Origin: the human T2T-CHM13v2.0 reference genome, Homo sapiens
DNA: 64,000 bases
Strand: one strand, 5' to 3'
Assembly (NCBI RefSeq): GCF_009914755.1
Contig: NC_060929.1
Shown: in pieces, positions 1 to 14,192 of the stretch
Layout: each line of letters opens with the position of its first letter
Numbering within the stretch: position 1 is the stretch's first letter
Notes under the pieces: generated by a model
The model's input: only the letters and a program-made list of their open reading frames with translations
What the model was told of the DNA's origin: nothing
The model's database searches: none
Made by a program: the position numbers and the translations under genes

Positions 1-273
1 TTGGAGTGCAGTGGTGTGATCTGGGCTCACTGCACTGCAACCTTCGCTTTCCAGGCTCAAGGAATCCTCCCACTTTAGCCTCTTGAGTAGGTGGGACTAC
101 AGGTGTGTGCCACTATGCCCAGCTAATTTTTATTCATTTATTTATTTATTTATTGTAGATACAGGGTTTCACCATGCTGACCAAGCTGGTCTTGAACTCC
201 TGGACTCAAGCTATCTGCCAACCTTTGCCTCCCAAAGTGCTGGGATTACAGATGTGACATCCTGGACCTGGCC
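1..273 (-). mobile_element. Alu (AluJ-like), cut by the window edge
   Basis: Antisense Alu motifs (ggagtgcagtgg, ctcccaaagtgctgggattaca, terminal ctggcc); J-type 'caggctcaag..atcctcccac'. Confidence 0.95.
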
Positions 274-385
274 CTTTCTCTCTCTCAAAATTACTTCTAC
301 CTCTCTCTTATAAGGATACATGTGCATTTAGGGTCCAAAGAATAATCTAGAATAAGCATTTTCTCTAAAGATTCTTAAGTGAATA

Positions 386-1722
<1,337 letters not shown>

Positions 1723-1939
1723 TAAGATACTTTTCCAAATAAGGTAATATTCACAGGTGTCTGGGATTGGGACATTTTTGGGGCCATCATCCATTCCACA
1801 TAAGGCAATGGCCAAAGTCAAATGGTGGGCAACAGACTCCATCCATTGTAAGGATATGGCCACAGTGTAAGTTTACAACACAACAAGGGGCTACTAAAAA
1901 GTTGGGACCAAAAAAAAAAAAAGAATTGCCATCTTTTAC

Positions 1940-3765
1940 ATAATGAGTCATGGTATGCAAATTTTACATTTCCCTAATACCAAAACGTCCCCAAATCTCA
2001 TTCAACTGTTCGTGTCAGGCTTAAAGCCTAGGTTCTCATGATCTATAGAAAAGTTATCCCGTTTTTAAAAATATTTTAAGATATTTTTAAAATTTTTGTG
2101 GGTACACAGTGGGTGTATATATTTATGGAGTACATGAAATATTTTGACACAGGCATGAAATGCATACTAAGCATATCATGGAGAAGGGGGTAACCATTCT
2201 CTCAAGTATTTATCTTTTGGGTTACAAACAATCCAATTACACTCTTTAAATTATTTTAAAATGTACAGTTATTATTGACCACAGTCACCCTGTTGTGCCA
2301 TCAAATAGTAGATCTTATTTATTCTTTCTACTTCTTGTACCTATTAGCCATCCCCACCTTTTCCTCCACTCCCTCACTACCCTCCCCAGCCTCTGGTAAC
2401 CATCCTTCTACTCTCTACGTCCATGAGTTCAATTGTTTTGATTTTCAGGTCCCTCAAATAAGTGAGAACATGTGATGTTTGTCTTTCTGTGCCTGGCTTA
2501 TTTCACTTAACATAATGATCGCCAGTTTCATCCATGTTGTTGCAAATAGCAGGATCTCATTCATTTTTTGTGGCTGAATAGTACCCCACTGTGTATATGT
2601 ACCACATCTTCTTTATCCATACACTAATTACAATTATGGAATCTTAGCATAAACTAAATACACTCTCATTTTAAAAGGGAAAACAAAGAGGAGGTGCATA
2701 TCATACTCTGTGAATATTGTGAAATCTTGCTGAGAAAATGTTATTAGGTTCTGGGAATTTTCCTTGACTTAATTCTGCTTTTGATCCCTGGGAAGGGCTT
2801 CTCCAACCATTTTTCTTTATAGTTTGAATTTTCTTTCTGGGGAGATTTCCTTCCCTATGATATGCTGGTTATTCAAAGAGATCACTGAAAAATATGCCCT
2901 TCAATCAACATTTTCAAAATATTTTCTTCTTACAGAATGTTGGGGGGCAGGGCAGAGATATTTATCACTTTTTACATTTCCCATCAACTTTACTCAGACT
3001 GGCAATTCTTTTGTAAATACAACTTTCTCAAATATTCATTAGCTTCCTTGATTTTTGATTCAAGTTTACTCTGTAGCAAAAGCCAGAAGCAAAATTTATG
3101 TCCCAACTTCCCTCTCCGTCTAGGCTTGTTTACTCCAACTATGGGTGTGCCATGGCTGCTAGGAGACCTAAAGCCTATTTATCCAGCAGAAACTAACTTC
3201 TGGGGAAAACCTGAATTATTTTAGAATTTTTAGTAAATATTTTCATAGTAACAATGTTGATTTGGTCTTACCCTTTAGGTTATGTCTTAATGTGAAAATA
3301 TTTAACCGACATGAGAGTCTGAACATAGAAAAAGTTTTATTTTCCAAACTAGCAAATTCTGGTCCCTGCATATTAATCTCTAAATTCTACTTTGAAGCTT
3401 TTCCGTTCTTTTCTCAGTTAATTTCTGAGTTAATATCTTTCTTGTAGTACCACAATATCTCATATAATCAATATGCTGCCTGGAAGACTCTGTTTAAGTC
3501 TAAAAGCTCATTTATACATTTTCTACCTTCTAATTTACTGCAGGTGAAGAGCTGTACTAAATAATTTGCTACAGAAAAACACGGATTGCCCTTTCCCCAG
3601 CCTATTTTCCTTTTTGCTGTGTTATCCCAACCTTCTCTAATTATTTTCTTGTCATTTACTAACTTCTTTTAATAGTGTCCCCATCCCCAGGACCTGGCAC
3701 AAAATTACTGCTACATACTTTAAGGTTGTCTTATGGTGGCATACCTCTCTGGGCATTAAAAAATG
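1940..3765 (-). mobile_element. Highly decayed MaLR (MLT1-int-like) internal sequence, interrupted by L1MA
   Basis: 'ccccaaatctcattc..aaagcctaggttctcatgatcta', 'ttccaaactagcaaattctggtccc' and 'ctacatactttaaggttgtcttatggtggcatacctctctggg' resemble antisense MLT1-int. Confidence 0.45.
2062..2620 (-). mobile_element. L1MA (L1MA1-3-like) 3' fragment
   Basis: 'tttgtgggtacacagtgggtgtatatatttatggagtacatg..ttacaaacaatccaattacactc..ctctggtaaccatcc' 3'UTR. Confidence 0.85.
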
Positions 3766-3830
3766 GATTAATCTGGGGTTTTATCATTTATAAAAAGTCA
3801 TTATCTGAAATTTTGAAAACCTGAGAATAC

Positions 3831-4198
3831 TGTATTAGTCTCTTTTCAGGCTGCTAATAAAGACATACTTAAGACTGGGTAATTTAGAAAGAAAAGAGGT
3901 TTTAATTGACTCACAGTTCCACATGGCTGGGGAGGCCTCACAATCACATTAGAAGGCAAATGAGGAGCAAAGTTACGTCTTAATGGCAGCTGTCAAAAAA
4001 GGGAACTTGTGTAGGAAATCTCCCCTTTATAAAAGCACTGGATCTCCTGAGACTCATTCATTTTCATGAGAACAGCAGAGGAAATACCCACCCCCGTGAT
4101 TCAATTACGTCCCATCAGGTCCCTCCCATGACACATGGGGATTATGGGAGCTACAATTCAAGAAGAAATTTGGGTGGGGATATTGTCAAATCATATCA
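3831..4198 (-). mobile_element. THE1 solo LTR (THE1B/C-like)
   Basis: TGTATTAGTC...CATATCA termini; perfect 5-bp TSD AATAC on both sides. Confidence 0.93.
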
Positions 4199-4613
4199 AA
4201 TACCATAGCAGCTAACATACACAAATGTGAGGGGAGCTACAGAGTGAAGTTCTGGAAAAAGAAAGTTGTAGTATCAGAGAGCTATTGACCATTCCAAACT
4301 AAAGCATTGGCACAAAGATATGGACTGTGTGCAGTTGCTATAATCAAGTTATCTTCTTTTCAGCTGCAAACTTTGAAATTGGTGCTTCCCTTGAAGGGCA
4401 GTTGTTTATATTACAAAGATATATCAGTTTATACAGATCAATTAAGACTTCAGTAGATTGCCTATCTATTTGTTTTCTAGAGACAACATGATTGACTAGC
4501 CAATGTCATATGTCTCTGAGAGTCAGACTATTTTGATTACTGCTTTGGAACTACTGTTCGTATTCACCAAATCTTTGACAATTAAAATTAACTCAGCTCC
4601 TGCTCTTGATGGC

Positions 4614-5571
4614 TGTTGTGAAACCTTGATTCTTGTTTTCTTAGTTTAAAAGAATTTAAACAAGAGACATACAACAAAGGAGATACAGCATAGAGTAATT
4701 TATTGCCAGGAGAAAGAATACTCTAAAAGTTAGGTGAAGAATAGACAGTACACACTGAGAGAGGATTCAGGATGGGCTGCTCATAAGGATGAGACCACAA
4801 AACTGACACTAGGAAAACTCCCTTTATGGGCGCTGTATTAGTCCATTTTCATACTGTTATAAAGAAATACCCAAGACTGGGTAATTTATAAGGAAAAAGA
4901 GGTTTAATGGACTCACAGTTCCACATGGCTGGGGAGGCCTCACAATCATAGCAAAAAGCAAAGGAGGAGCAAAGGCACGTCTTACATGATGGCAGGGAAG
5001 AGAGCATGTCCAGGAGAACTGCCCTTTGTAAAACCATCAGACCTTGTGATACTTATTCACGCTCAGGAGGACAGCACAAGAAAAACCCACCACTCTGATT
5101 TATTTACCTCTCACTGTGTTCCTCCCAGGACATGTGGGAATTATGGAAGTTACAATTTTAGATGAGATTTGGGAGGGGACACAGCCAAACCATATCAGAA
5201 GCCTTACATAATTATTCATAAGTGAATGTGAAGAAGTGTTACTAGTAAGCATGTTATTATGGGTGGTCCTCTGGGTGCACATGTGCAGTAGCTGTACATG
5301 CTTTTTCATACATTGGATATCTCATTAGAATGTTAAATCTCCACCCAGGGGTGTGTTTTTTACTATTATAATGAGAAAAAGATCAGTCCAAGGTCAGGTA
5401 AAATCAAAATGCACATGCTCTCTACAGGGAAAATTTCCTACTGAAGATAGCTTTGCTTGAATGATCTTGACTACAATGTGAATGCTGGGGCTTATTTTGC
5501 TGATTCTATGGTCACCATGGTTGTTGCATCCAGAGGATGTGGTTGCTTCTTTGACCACATATCCTGCTTCA
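4614..5571 (-). mobile_element. ERV1-class solo LTR (MER4-group, LTR29-like), with a nested THE1
   Basis: TG..CA termini (tgttgtg / cctgcttca); antisense AATAAA (tttatt ~4699); 'ctccacccaggggtgtgttttttactattataatgag' body. Confidence 0.75.
4834..5197 (-). mobile_element. THE1 solo LTR (THE1C/D-like)
   Basis: TGTATTAGTCC...AAACCATATCA termini and typical THE1 body. Confidence 0.93.
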
Positions 5572-8459
5572 GTGTCACTCTGTAATTTTATTATCACAAT
5601 TGCATTTAAGGATTCTAGTTTAATGTTAATAGTTCCCACTATAATTTCTGTCATACAGAGAAGAGTAAACACAGAGCACATTAAGGACACTGGGGTGCCT
5701 ATCAAAAATTTATAACTTGCAGTCATGGTGAAAGACGATTCTTCTGGACCCTCTTAGGGTGGGTGAACAGGTCTTTCAGACTAAATCCAATTTAGCATCC
5801 CCTGTCTGTAAGCCTTTGATACCTTCCTCTATCCAGCCAGTATGGGAATTTTAACTTTATTTAGTATAGGCCACCTTTGAGTCTATGTGTCAGTCAATAA
5901 ACAAAACAATTAGAGGCTTTTATAACACCTTCTGCTAAATTATTGATTCCAAAATCTCTGTTTAGTAAGTTGATATCAGTTTCAGGGTTGTAGCCAAGAT
6001 GGCTGACTATAAGCAGCTACTGTGCATGGTTCTCACAGAGAGGAACAGAAGGGGTGAATAAACCTTCAACTAAAGCATTCAGGTACCAGCCTTGGGACCA
6101 ATCAAACAAACAACTTGATCCATGGAGAACAGAGCCAAAGGAAACTCCCCCACCCAGGGAAGTGGTGAGTGAATGTGCAATCCCAGGAAACCATGCTTTA
6201 CCCACAGATCTTTCCAACCCTTGGGTCAGGAGATCCCCTTTTAAACCTACCCCACCAGAACCTTCAGTCTGACTCACAAAACTATGTGGAGTCTCCACAG
6301 GGCAGCCACTTGGGCACATGTGGAGGTCCAGAAGCTTTAGATACTCTGGGTTTTTGGATTTCCTGGCAAAAGTAGCTGCAACTTTAGACCCCCTCTACGT
6401 ACCCAAAGGAAAGAGGCTGAATCCAGGGGGCAAAATAGCAATTGTCTGCAGGCCCCATTTCCATGACACATCACAGGGTAAGACCCTTTGGCATGGAGTT
6501 CCAGCCAGCCACTGATAGTAGTGTTGTGATCTGAGATGGAGCTCCTAGGGCTAGGGACAGGCTGCCATCTTTGCTGCTTGGGCAAATTAGCTCTTCCAGC
6601 CTTCAGGCTTTAGAGAGTCCAAGCAGACTGGGGGTGGAAGCAGTATTCCAACACATCACAGCAGCCCTACTTGGCCAGACTACTTTTTAAGCAGGTCCCC
6701 AATCCCATTCCTCCTAACTGGGTGAGACCTCCCAACCGGGGTCTCCAGCTACCTCATACAGGCTCATTCAGGCTGGCAACAGGTCTGTACCTGCTGGGGA
6801 TGGAGCTCCCAGAGGAGGTGGTAGGTTTCCATCTTTGCTGTTTTGCAGCCTTCAGTGGTAATACCTCCAGCGAAGGTAATACTTCCACTCGGAAATCTGG
6901 GGTGACTAGGGACTGTAGCAAGCCTCAAGCATACTGCAGCTGACCTACAGAAAACTGACCAGATTGTAACATGGGTGCCTGGTTCTGTATCTTTTCACCA
7001 GGCAGATTGTAACATGGGTGCCTTGTTCCCTATCTTTTCACCAGGCAGTTTCTCCAGGCCTGTGCGTCTAGCCATTCCTCATCAGTGCTATTGAGATAGT
7101 AGCAACTTGGCAACTCACCGGACATAGCCTCCAGGGGCAACTGAACTGTCCCTGCTACCCTTGGACTAATGAAGGAGCCGATACTCTAAGTACCATATCC
7201 ACACCCCCAAAAAGCTGCAGTTGACCCAAGGTGAGGAGGCCAGTCCATCTCCCAGGAGTCCCACACTTCCACTACTGCTCATCACAAGAAAGGGAATCCA
7301 TGGCTTGAGCCCAAAGCAAACACCCACCATCCTGGGTGAATTGCATTGAGCAATTGCTGACCCACATCTCTCTTGGATGGAGCCCACAGGAGATAAGCAA
7401 ACTAGTGAAGCAGCAAGCCAGCTGATGTGGAGCCCAGAGGTTTTGATGTGGGACTTTCTGTAGTGGAGCATGATCAAGGATGGCCATCTCTGTAGCCTCA
7501 ACTCACTCCCATAAGAGACTTTAGTCCTAGGGGAACTGTCAGACCTGATCTTTGCAGGTGATCTTGCACATCAGATGGGGATGGTCCAACCTGAGTATTC
7601 CTTGGTCTGCTGGCCTCTCCTGGAGCCCCAACCTGGCCATGCCTGCTTACAGGGAAGTCTCAGGTGCCCTGGGGACCCAACACCATAGCTTCTGCAGTGG
7701 TGGAACAAGCCTGACTAGTGAAGAACTCCAGCAAGGCAGCCCCTATGGCCATGTACCACCCTGCAGGTTCCCTCACCCTACTGCAGCTTCCCTGGAGCCC
7801 ACAGCAACTTCCCACATCACTTTGCTGGTATGTGTCTGCATGAGCAGGTTTTGGTTTACTTTCCCTGCCAGCACACAGGAGTGCAGTAACTCCCTACCTT
7901 CATTGACCACCATTGCAGATGGATTATTGACAGGCACAGAGCCAGAAAGCCCTGCACCCACCACTGACCCACCTTTATACTAATGCTGCATAAAGAACAG
8001 AGGCCCTTCCACACCCTGAGCAATCACTTCTGTTTGTGGGGCACCAAGAAGGCACCCAGACTCGCACTGGCCAGTATTCTGCCCCAAACCAACACCATCT
8101 TCAGTTCAACAGCACACACAGTTCCCAGAAATGGCCCTCTGCTTCTCCTTCAGCTGCCTTGCCTCTACCACTGTGTCGAATGCCCATAGGGAGGCAGGCA
8201 GCCCTGCATCAGCTAGCACTCTGCTGCAGCTGCCACCTTGGTCCTCCCAGCACAGTAGACTCCAAACTTCAAAAAGGCAGAGAACAAAGTCAAAACTCAA
8301 TACAAGTCCCGCAGATTTTGAGCATGCAGTCCAGGAGTTGGGAACTGAATGTAATGCTGGCCCATTAAAATCTTCCAGAAATAAAGCCAGTAGGCTAAAT
8401 CCAGCTTGTACCACAATCAAACCCCAAAGTCATGAAGTAGAATTTTTAAAAAATCCAAA

Positions 8460-9545
8460 GGACAGCAACCTCAAAGATTGAAGATAGATAACTCCACAAA
8501 GATAAGAAAGAATCAGCACAAGAATACCAAAAACTGAAAAAGTCAGAGTGACTTCTTTCCTCCAAATGGCCACATCGCTTCTCCAGCAAAAGTTTGGAAT
8601 GAGACTGAGGCTGAGATGGTTGAAATGACAGAAGTAGAATTCAGGTGTAGACCTGAAAAAGGTTACTGAGCTAAAGGAGTAATTGTATCCTAATGTAAGG
8701 AAGTTAAATAATCATGATAAAACATTGCAGGAGCTGACAGACAGAATAACTAGTATAGAGAAGAACATAACCAATCTGATAGAGCTGATAAACACACTAC
8801 AAAAATTTTATAATGCCATCACAAGTATTAATAGTAGACTAGACCAAGCAGAGGAAAGAATTTCAGAGTTTGAAGGCTGGCTTTCTGAAATAAGACAGAC
8901 AGAAAAAAATAGAGAAAAAAATAATAAAAAGGAATAAACAAAACCACAGAGAAATGTAGAATTATGTAAAGAGACCAAATCTCGGAGTGATTGGTGTACC
9001 TGAAAGAGATGGAGAGAATGGAACAACTTGTAAAACATGTTTTAAGATATCATCCATGAGAATTTCCCCCTTCTGGCTAGAGAGGTAAAATCTTCAAATT
9101 CAGGAAATGCAGAGAACCCCAGTAAGGTACTCCATAAGAAGATCATCTCCAAGACACATAATCATTAAATTTTCCAAGGTCAAAATGAAAGAAAAAATGT
9201 TAAAGGCAGCTAGAGAGAAAGGCCAGGTCACCTACAAAGGGAAGCCTATCAAACTAACAGCCAAACTCTCACCTGAAACCAAACAAGCCAGAAGAGATTG
9301 AGGGTTAATATTCAACATTCTTGAAGAAAAGCAGTTCCAAGCCAGAATTTCATGTCTGGCCAAACTAAGCTTAATAAGCAAAAGAGAAATAAGATCCTTT
9401 TCGGATAAGCAAATGCTGAGAAAATTTGTTACCACCAGAGCTGCCTTATAAGAGTTCCTGAAGGAAGCACTAAATATTGGAAAAAAGACAGACCATTACC
9501 ACCCAAAACAGAGACATCGAAGCACAAAGACCAGTGACACTATAA
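8460..9545 (+). pseudogene. L1 ORF1p remnant (frameshifted)
   Basis: Track peptides 'SINSRLDQAEERISE' and 'RRSSPRHIIIKFSKVKMKEKMLKAAREKGQVTYKGKPI'. Confidence 0.9.
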
Positions 9546-9590
9546 AGCAACCACATAAACAAGACTGAAAAGTAACCAGCTAACACCATG

Positions 9591-12500
9591 ATGACAGTAT
9601 CAAATTTACTGTAAGTGTAAATGGGCTAAATGTCCCAATTAAGAGACACAGAGAGGCAAGCTGGGTCAAGAATGAAGGCACATTGGTATGCTGTCTTCAA
9701 GCGACCCATCTCACCTGTAATGACACAAATAGGGTCAAAATAAAAGGACAGAGAAAAATCTACTAAGCAAAGGAAAAACAGAAAAAAAAGTTGCAGTTAT
9801 AGTTTGAGACAAAACAGAATTGAAACCAACAAAGATCAAAAAGGACATTACATAATGGTAAAGTGTTCAATTCAACAAGATCTAATTAATTATCCTAAAT
9901 ATAAAGACATCCAATAAAGGAGCACTCAGATTCATACAGCAAGTTCTCAGAGACCTTCAAAGAAACTTAAACTCTCACGCAATAATAGTGGAGACTTTAA
10001 CACCTCACTGACAATATTAAACAGATCATTGAGACAGAAAATTAACAAAAATACTCAGGACCTGAATTCAGCTCTGGATCAAATGGACCTGTCTACAGAA
10101 CTCTCCATCCTAAAACACCAGCATATACATTCTTCTCATGGCCCCATGGCAGACTCTAAACTCAATCAATAATTGGAAGTAAAACACTCAGCAAATGCAA
10201 AATAACTGAAATTGTAACAAAAAGTCTCCCTGACTGTAGCACAAACAAATTCAAAATCAAGACTAAGAAATTCACTCAACACCATACAATTACATGGAAA
10301 TTGAATAATTTGCTTCTGAGTGACATTTGGGTAAATAATAAAATTTAGGCAAAAATCAAGAAATTATTTGAAACTGATGAGAAAAAAGATACAACATACC
10401 AGAATCTCTGGAACACAACTAAGGCAGTGTTAAGAAGGAAATTTATAGCACTAAGTGCCCACATCAAAAAGTTAGAAATATTTCAAGTTAACAATCCAAC
10501 AACTAAAAGAATTAAAGAACCAAAAGCAAACAAATCCCAAAGCTAGCAGAAGACAATAAATTACCAAAATCAGAGCTGAACTGAAGGAGAAAGAGATATG
10601 AAAAACCATTCAAACAATCAACACATACAGGAGCTTTTTAAAAAAATTAGTAAAATAGATAGACCACTTGCTAGAATAATAAAGAAGAGAGAGAAGATTT
10701 AAATAAACACAATTACAAATGAAAATGTCAGTATTCTCACTGACCCCACAAAAAGACAAAGAGCAAAGAGAAAATATTATGAACACTTTCTGTACATAGA
10801 CTAGATAGTCTTGAAAAAATAGATAGATTCCTGGACACATACACCCTTCCAAGATTGAGTCAGGAAGAAATCGAATCCCTGAACAGACCAATAATGAGTT
10901 CTAAAATTGAGGCAGTAATAAATAGCCTACCAACCAAAAAAAAAAAAAAAAAACGCCCAGGACCAGAAGTATTAACAGCTGAATTCTAACACATATATAA
11001 AAAAGAGCTTGTATTATTCTTACTGAAACTATTGCAAAAGAATGAGAGGGAGAGATGTCTCCCTAACTTATTCTATGAAGCCAGCATTATCCTGATACCA
11101 AAACCTGGCAGAGATACAACAACAACAAAAACTTCAGGCCAGCACCCTTGATGAACATCAGTGTGAAAATCCTCAATAAAATACTAGCAAACAAAATCCA
11201 GCAGCACGTCAAAAAGCTTATCCATCACGATCAAGTAGGCTTTAACCTCAGGATGCAAGGTTGGTTCAGCATACACAAATCGATAAATGTGATTCATCAT
11301 ATAAATAGAACTAAACACAAAAACCATACAATTATCTCAATAGATTCAGGAAAGGCTTTCAACAAAATTCAACATCGATTTATGTTGAAAACTCTCAATA
11401 AACTACATATTGAAGGAACATACCTCAAGATAATAAGAGCCCTATATGACAAAGCTACAGCCAACATCATAGTGAATGGGCAAAACTCATTCACTATGGA
11501 AGCATTCCGCTTGAAAACTGGCACAAGACAAGTATACCATCTCTTACCACTCCTATTCAACATAGTGTTTGAAGTTCTGGTCTGGGCAATCGGGCAAAAG
11601 AAAAAAAATAATAAAGAACATACAAACATAAAGCAAGGAAGTCAAACTATCCCTTTTTGCAGACTACATATTCCCATAGCTAGAAAACCTGATAGTCTCA
11701 GCCCCAAAGCTTTTTAAGCTGATAAACAATTTTAGCAAAGTCTCATAGTACTAAATCAATGTGCAAAAATCCCTAGCATTCCTATACACCAACAATAGTC
11801 AAGCTGAGATCCAAATCACAAACTATCCCTCATTCACAATTGCCAAAAAAGAATAAAATACTTAGGGATACAGCTAACTAGTTCTCTCTTAAGAGGAGAA
11901 CTATTGTTCAAAGATTTCAGAACCACTGCTTAAAGATTTCAGAGATGACACAAACAAATGGCAAAAATATTCCATGCTCATGGATAAGAAAAATCATCAT
12001 TAAAATGCCCATACTGCCCAAAGCAATTTATATATTCAATGCTAGCTATTTCTATTCAACTACTGTTGACATTCTTCATCAAGCTAGAGAAACCTATTTT
12101 AAAATTCATATAAAACAAACAAAGAGCCCAAACAGTCAAGGAAATCCTAAGAAAAAAGAACGGGGCTGGAGACATCATAGTACCTGACTTTAAACTATGT
12201 TACAGGGCTACGGTAACCAAAACAGCATGGTACATAAACAGATGCACAGATCAATGGAACAGAATAGAGAATCCAGAAATAAAACCACACACTTAAAACT
12301 ACCTAATGTTCATCAAGCCTGAGAAAAACAAGCAATGGAGAAAAGATTCCCTATTCAATAAATAGTGCTGGGATAACTGGCTAACTGTATAAAGGAGACT
12401 AAAACTGGACCCCTTCCTTACACTATATACAAAAATTAACTCAAGATGGACTAAAGACTTAAATGTAAAATCTAAATCTCTAAAAACCTTGGAACACAAT

Positions 12501-12840
12501 CTAGACAACAAAATTCTGGACGTAGGCAGGGGCAAAGGTAAAAAGGCATCAAAAGCAATTGCAACAAAAGCAAAAACTGGCAAATTGGATTTAATTACAA
12601 TACAGAGCTTCTGCACAGCAAAAGAAACTATCAACAGAGTAAGCAAACAACCTAAAGAATGGGAAAAAATATTTGCAAACTGTGCATCCAACAAAGGTCT
12701 AATATCCAGCATCTACAAGGAATTTAGACAAATTTACAAGAAAAAAATGAACAATTCCATAAAAACTGGGCAAAGGACATGAACAGACACTTTTCAAAAG
12801 AAGACATACATTTGCCCAACAATCATATGAAAAAAAAGCT
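9591..12840 (+). pseudogene. L1 ORF2p (endonuclease/RT) remnant, disrupted, lacking the C-terminus
   Basis: '[41 protein letters not shown]' RT block; many stops and frameshifts. Confidence 0.9.
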
Positions 12841-13509
12841 TGAATTCTCACATTTAATTTAACGGTTAAAAAAAAAGTTTCGGCCTGATCCAATGTTTTA
12901 TTTTTCTACAGTGATCTCACATCCTTAAGGTAAATTCCAACAGATATTCCTAAGATTTCTGTGTAAAGTGGAAAAATCATGCAGTACTTGGTGTTTAGCA
13001 CTTTTTTATGGGTTAGACTTTGTATCTTACCCTTTTTGGTGTGCTGGAAGTTGAGTCTAATTATAGGTCTAGAAGCATGCATGGGTAGGACATGAGGTGA
13101 TTCAGTAGTCCCTTGCAAGTCAGAGGCCTCAGGAGAGACCAATATAAGTTCTTTGGATATGGGTGGAAGGTCCGCTTCTACTGGGAAAGAGGTTCTGGAA
13201 GAATTAAGGGATTTGATAATCCATTATTGAAATCTGTTCATATTAACTTAGTTTAATGTTTAGAATCCCATTCCTTCCAACGAATGCCCTCACAATAGAG
13301 AAGATATCTAGCAAGACTGAGAATCCAATTTGCATTATAATTCAACCACTCACAGGATGAAACTCTGAAGTTTGGTTTTTAGAAAGCTTTAACCTGAGGC
13401 TATTGGAGATGAAGATTTACTTCAGTGCAGATTTAAAACATTTCCAATTATTTACATAGAGCCTGAGCCAGGAATTTGGTTTCCCGAGCTCATCCTTTTC
13501 TTTTTCCAC

Positions 13510-13919
13510 TGCTGTGAACTTAACTGTTTTCTTCAAAATTAATAAAGCCCTACTTAATTGGATTAGAGGTCCTAATCTATCCCTAATGTGACTGTATTTG
13601 GAGATAAGGCCTTTAAGGATGTCATTTATTTAAATGAGATTGTAAGGGTAGGACTCTAATTTGATAAGGCTGAAACCTTATAGAGAAAGAAATGCTAGAG
13701 CTCTGTTTCTCTCTTTCCTCACATACCCACCAAGGAAAGTTCATGTGAGCACCCAACAATAAGGTGGTCATCTGAAATCCAGGAAGCATGGCTTCACCAG
13801 AAACTGGCCATGCTGGCACCTGGATGCTGGAGCTTCCAAAACTGTGAGAACATAAACTTCTGTTTTTCAAGCCATCCAGTCAGTAGCATTTTGTTATGAC
13901 AGCTAAGCTAACTCATACA
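13510..13919 (+). mobile_element. MLT1A-type LTR inserted in the ERVL internal region
   Basis: 'aatgtgactgtatttggagataaggcctttaagg..ccatgctggcacctgg..aactgtgagaacataaacttctg..aagccatccagtc'; near-TSD tccac/tgcac. Confidence 0.85.
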
Positions 13920-14192
13920 TGCACTTACTCCAGCAAATCCCATGATAATTCTTAATTTGATTAAAGTGTTCTAAAATATCTTCAATAGGTATTTGATTAA
14001 GAGTATCCAATGGCAATCTTTTGTATTATCTCTATTGCCACATTATTTGAGGGAAAATCAGTATTTCTTTTATAGTCATGAGTGTTTTGAAATCTGATTA
14101 CATTAGAAAACCAATTCCAGAAATTTCAGAACCAATTCAGAGAACTTATTTTTAAACTTCTCTTCTTCCAGAACCACTTTCAGTACCAAAAC

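Larger units (their letters stand above)
5984..12875 (+). mobile_element. L1 (L1PA13-16/L1PREC2 age): complete long 5'UTR, decayed ORF1/ORF2, 3' end missing
   Basis: 5'UTR start 'gccaagatggctgacta'; ORF1 and ORF2 peptide remnants; A9 tail; TSD AGTTTC at 5978-5983 and 12876-12881. Confidence 0.93.
4400..14192 (-). mobile_element. ERVL/HERVL-like internal (leader + gag) remnant in pieces ~4400-4613, 5572-5983, 12876-13509, 13920-14192
   Basis: Minus strand reads HERVL gag-like 'gcttctagacctataattagactcaa', 'ttggatcaggccgaa', 'gagggtccagaaga', 'aatagtctgactc..cattggctagtcaatcatg..aatagataggcaatctact'; PBS-like 'tttggtactgaaagtggttctgg' next to the MLT2 LTR. Confidence 0.8.

Noticed and set aside
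6017-8481. Cluster of overlapping 60-143 aa ORFs on both strands
   Set aside because: They lie in the GC-richer L1 5'UTR, where stop codons are rarer; no recognisable domains.
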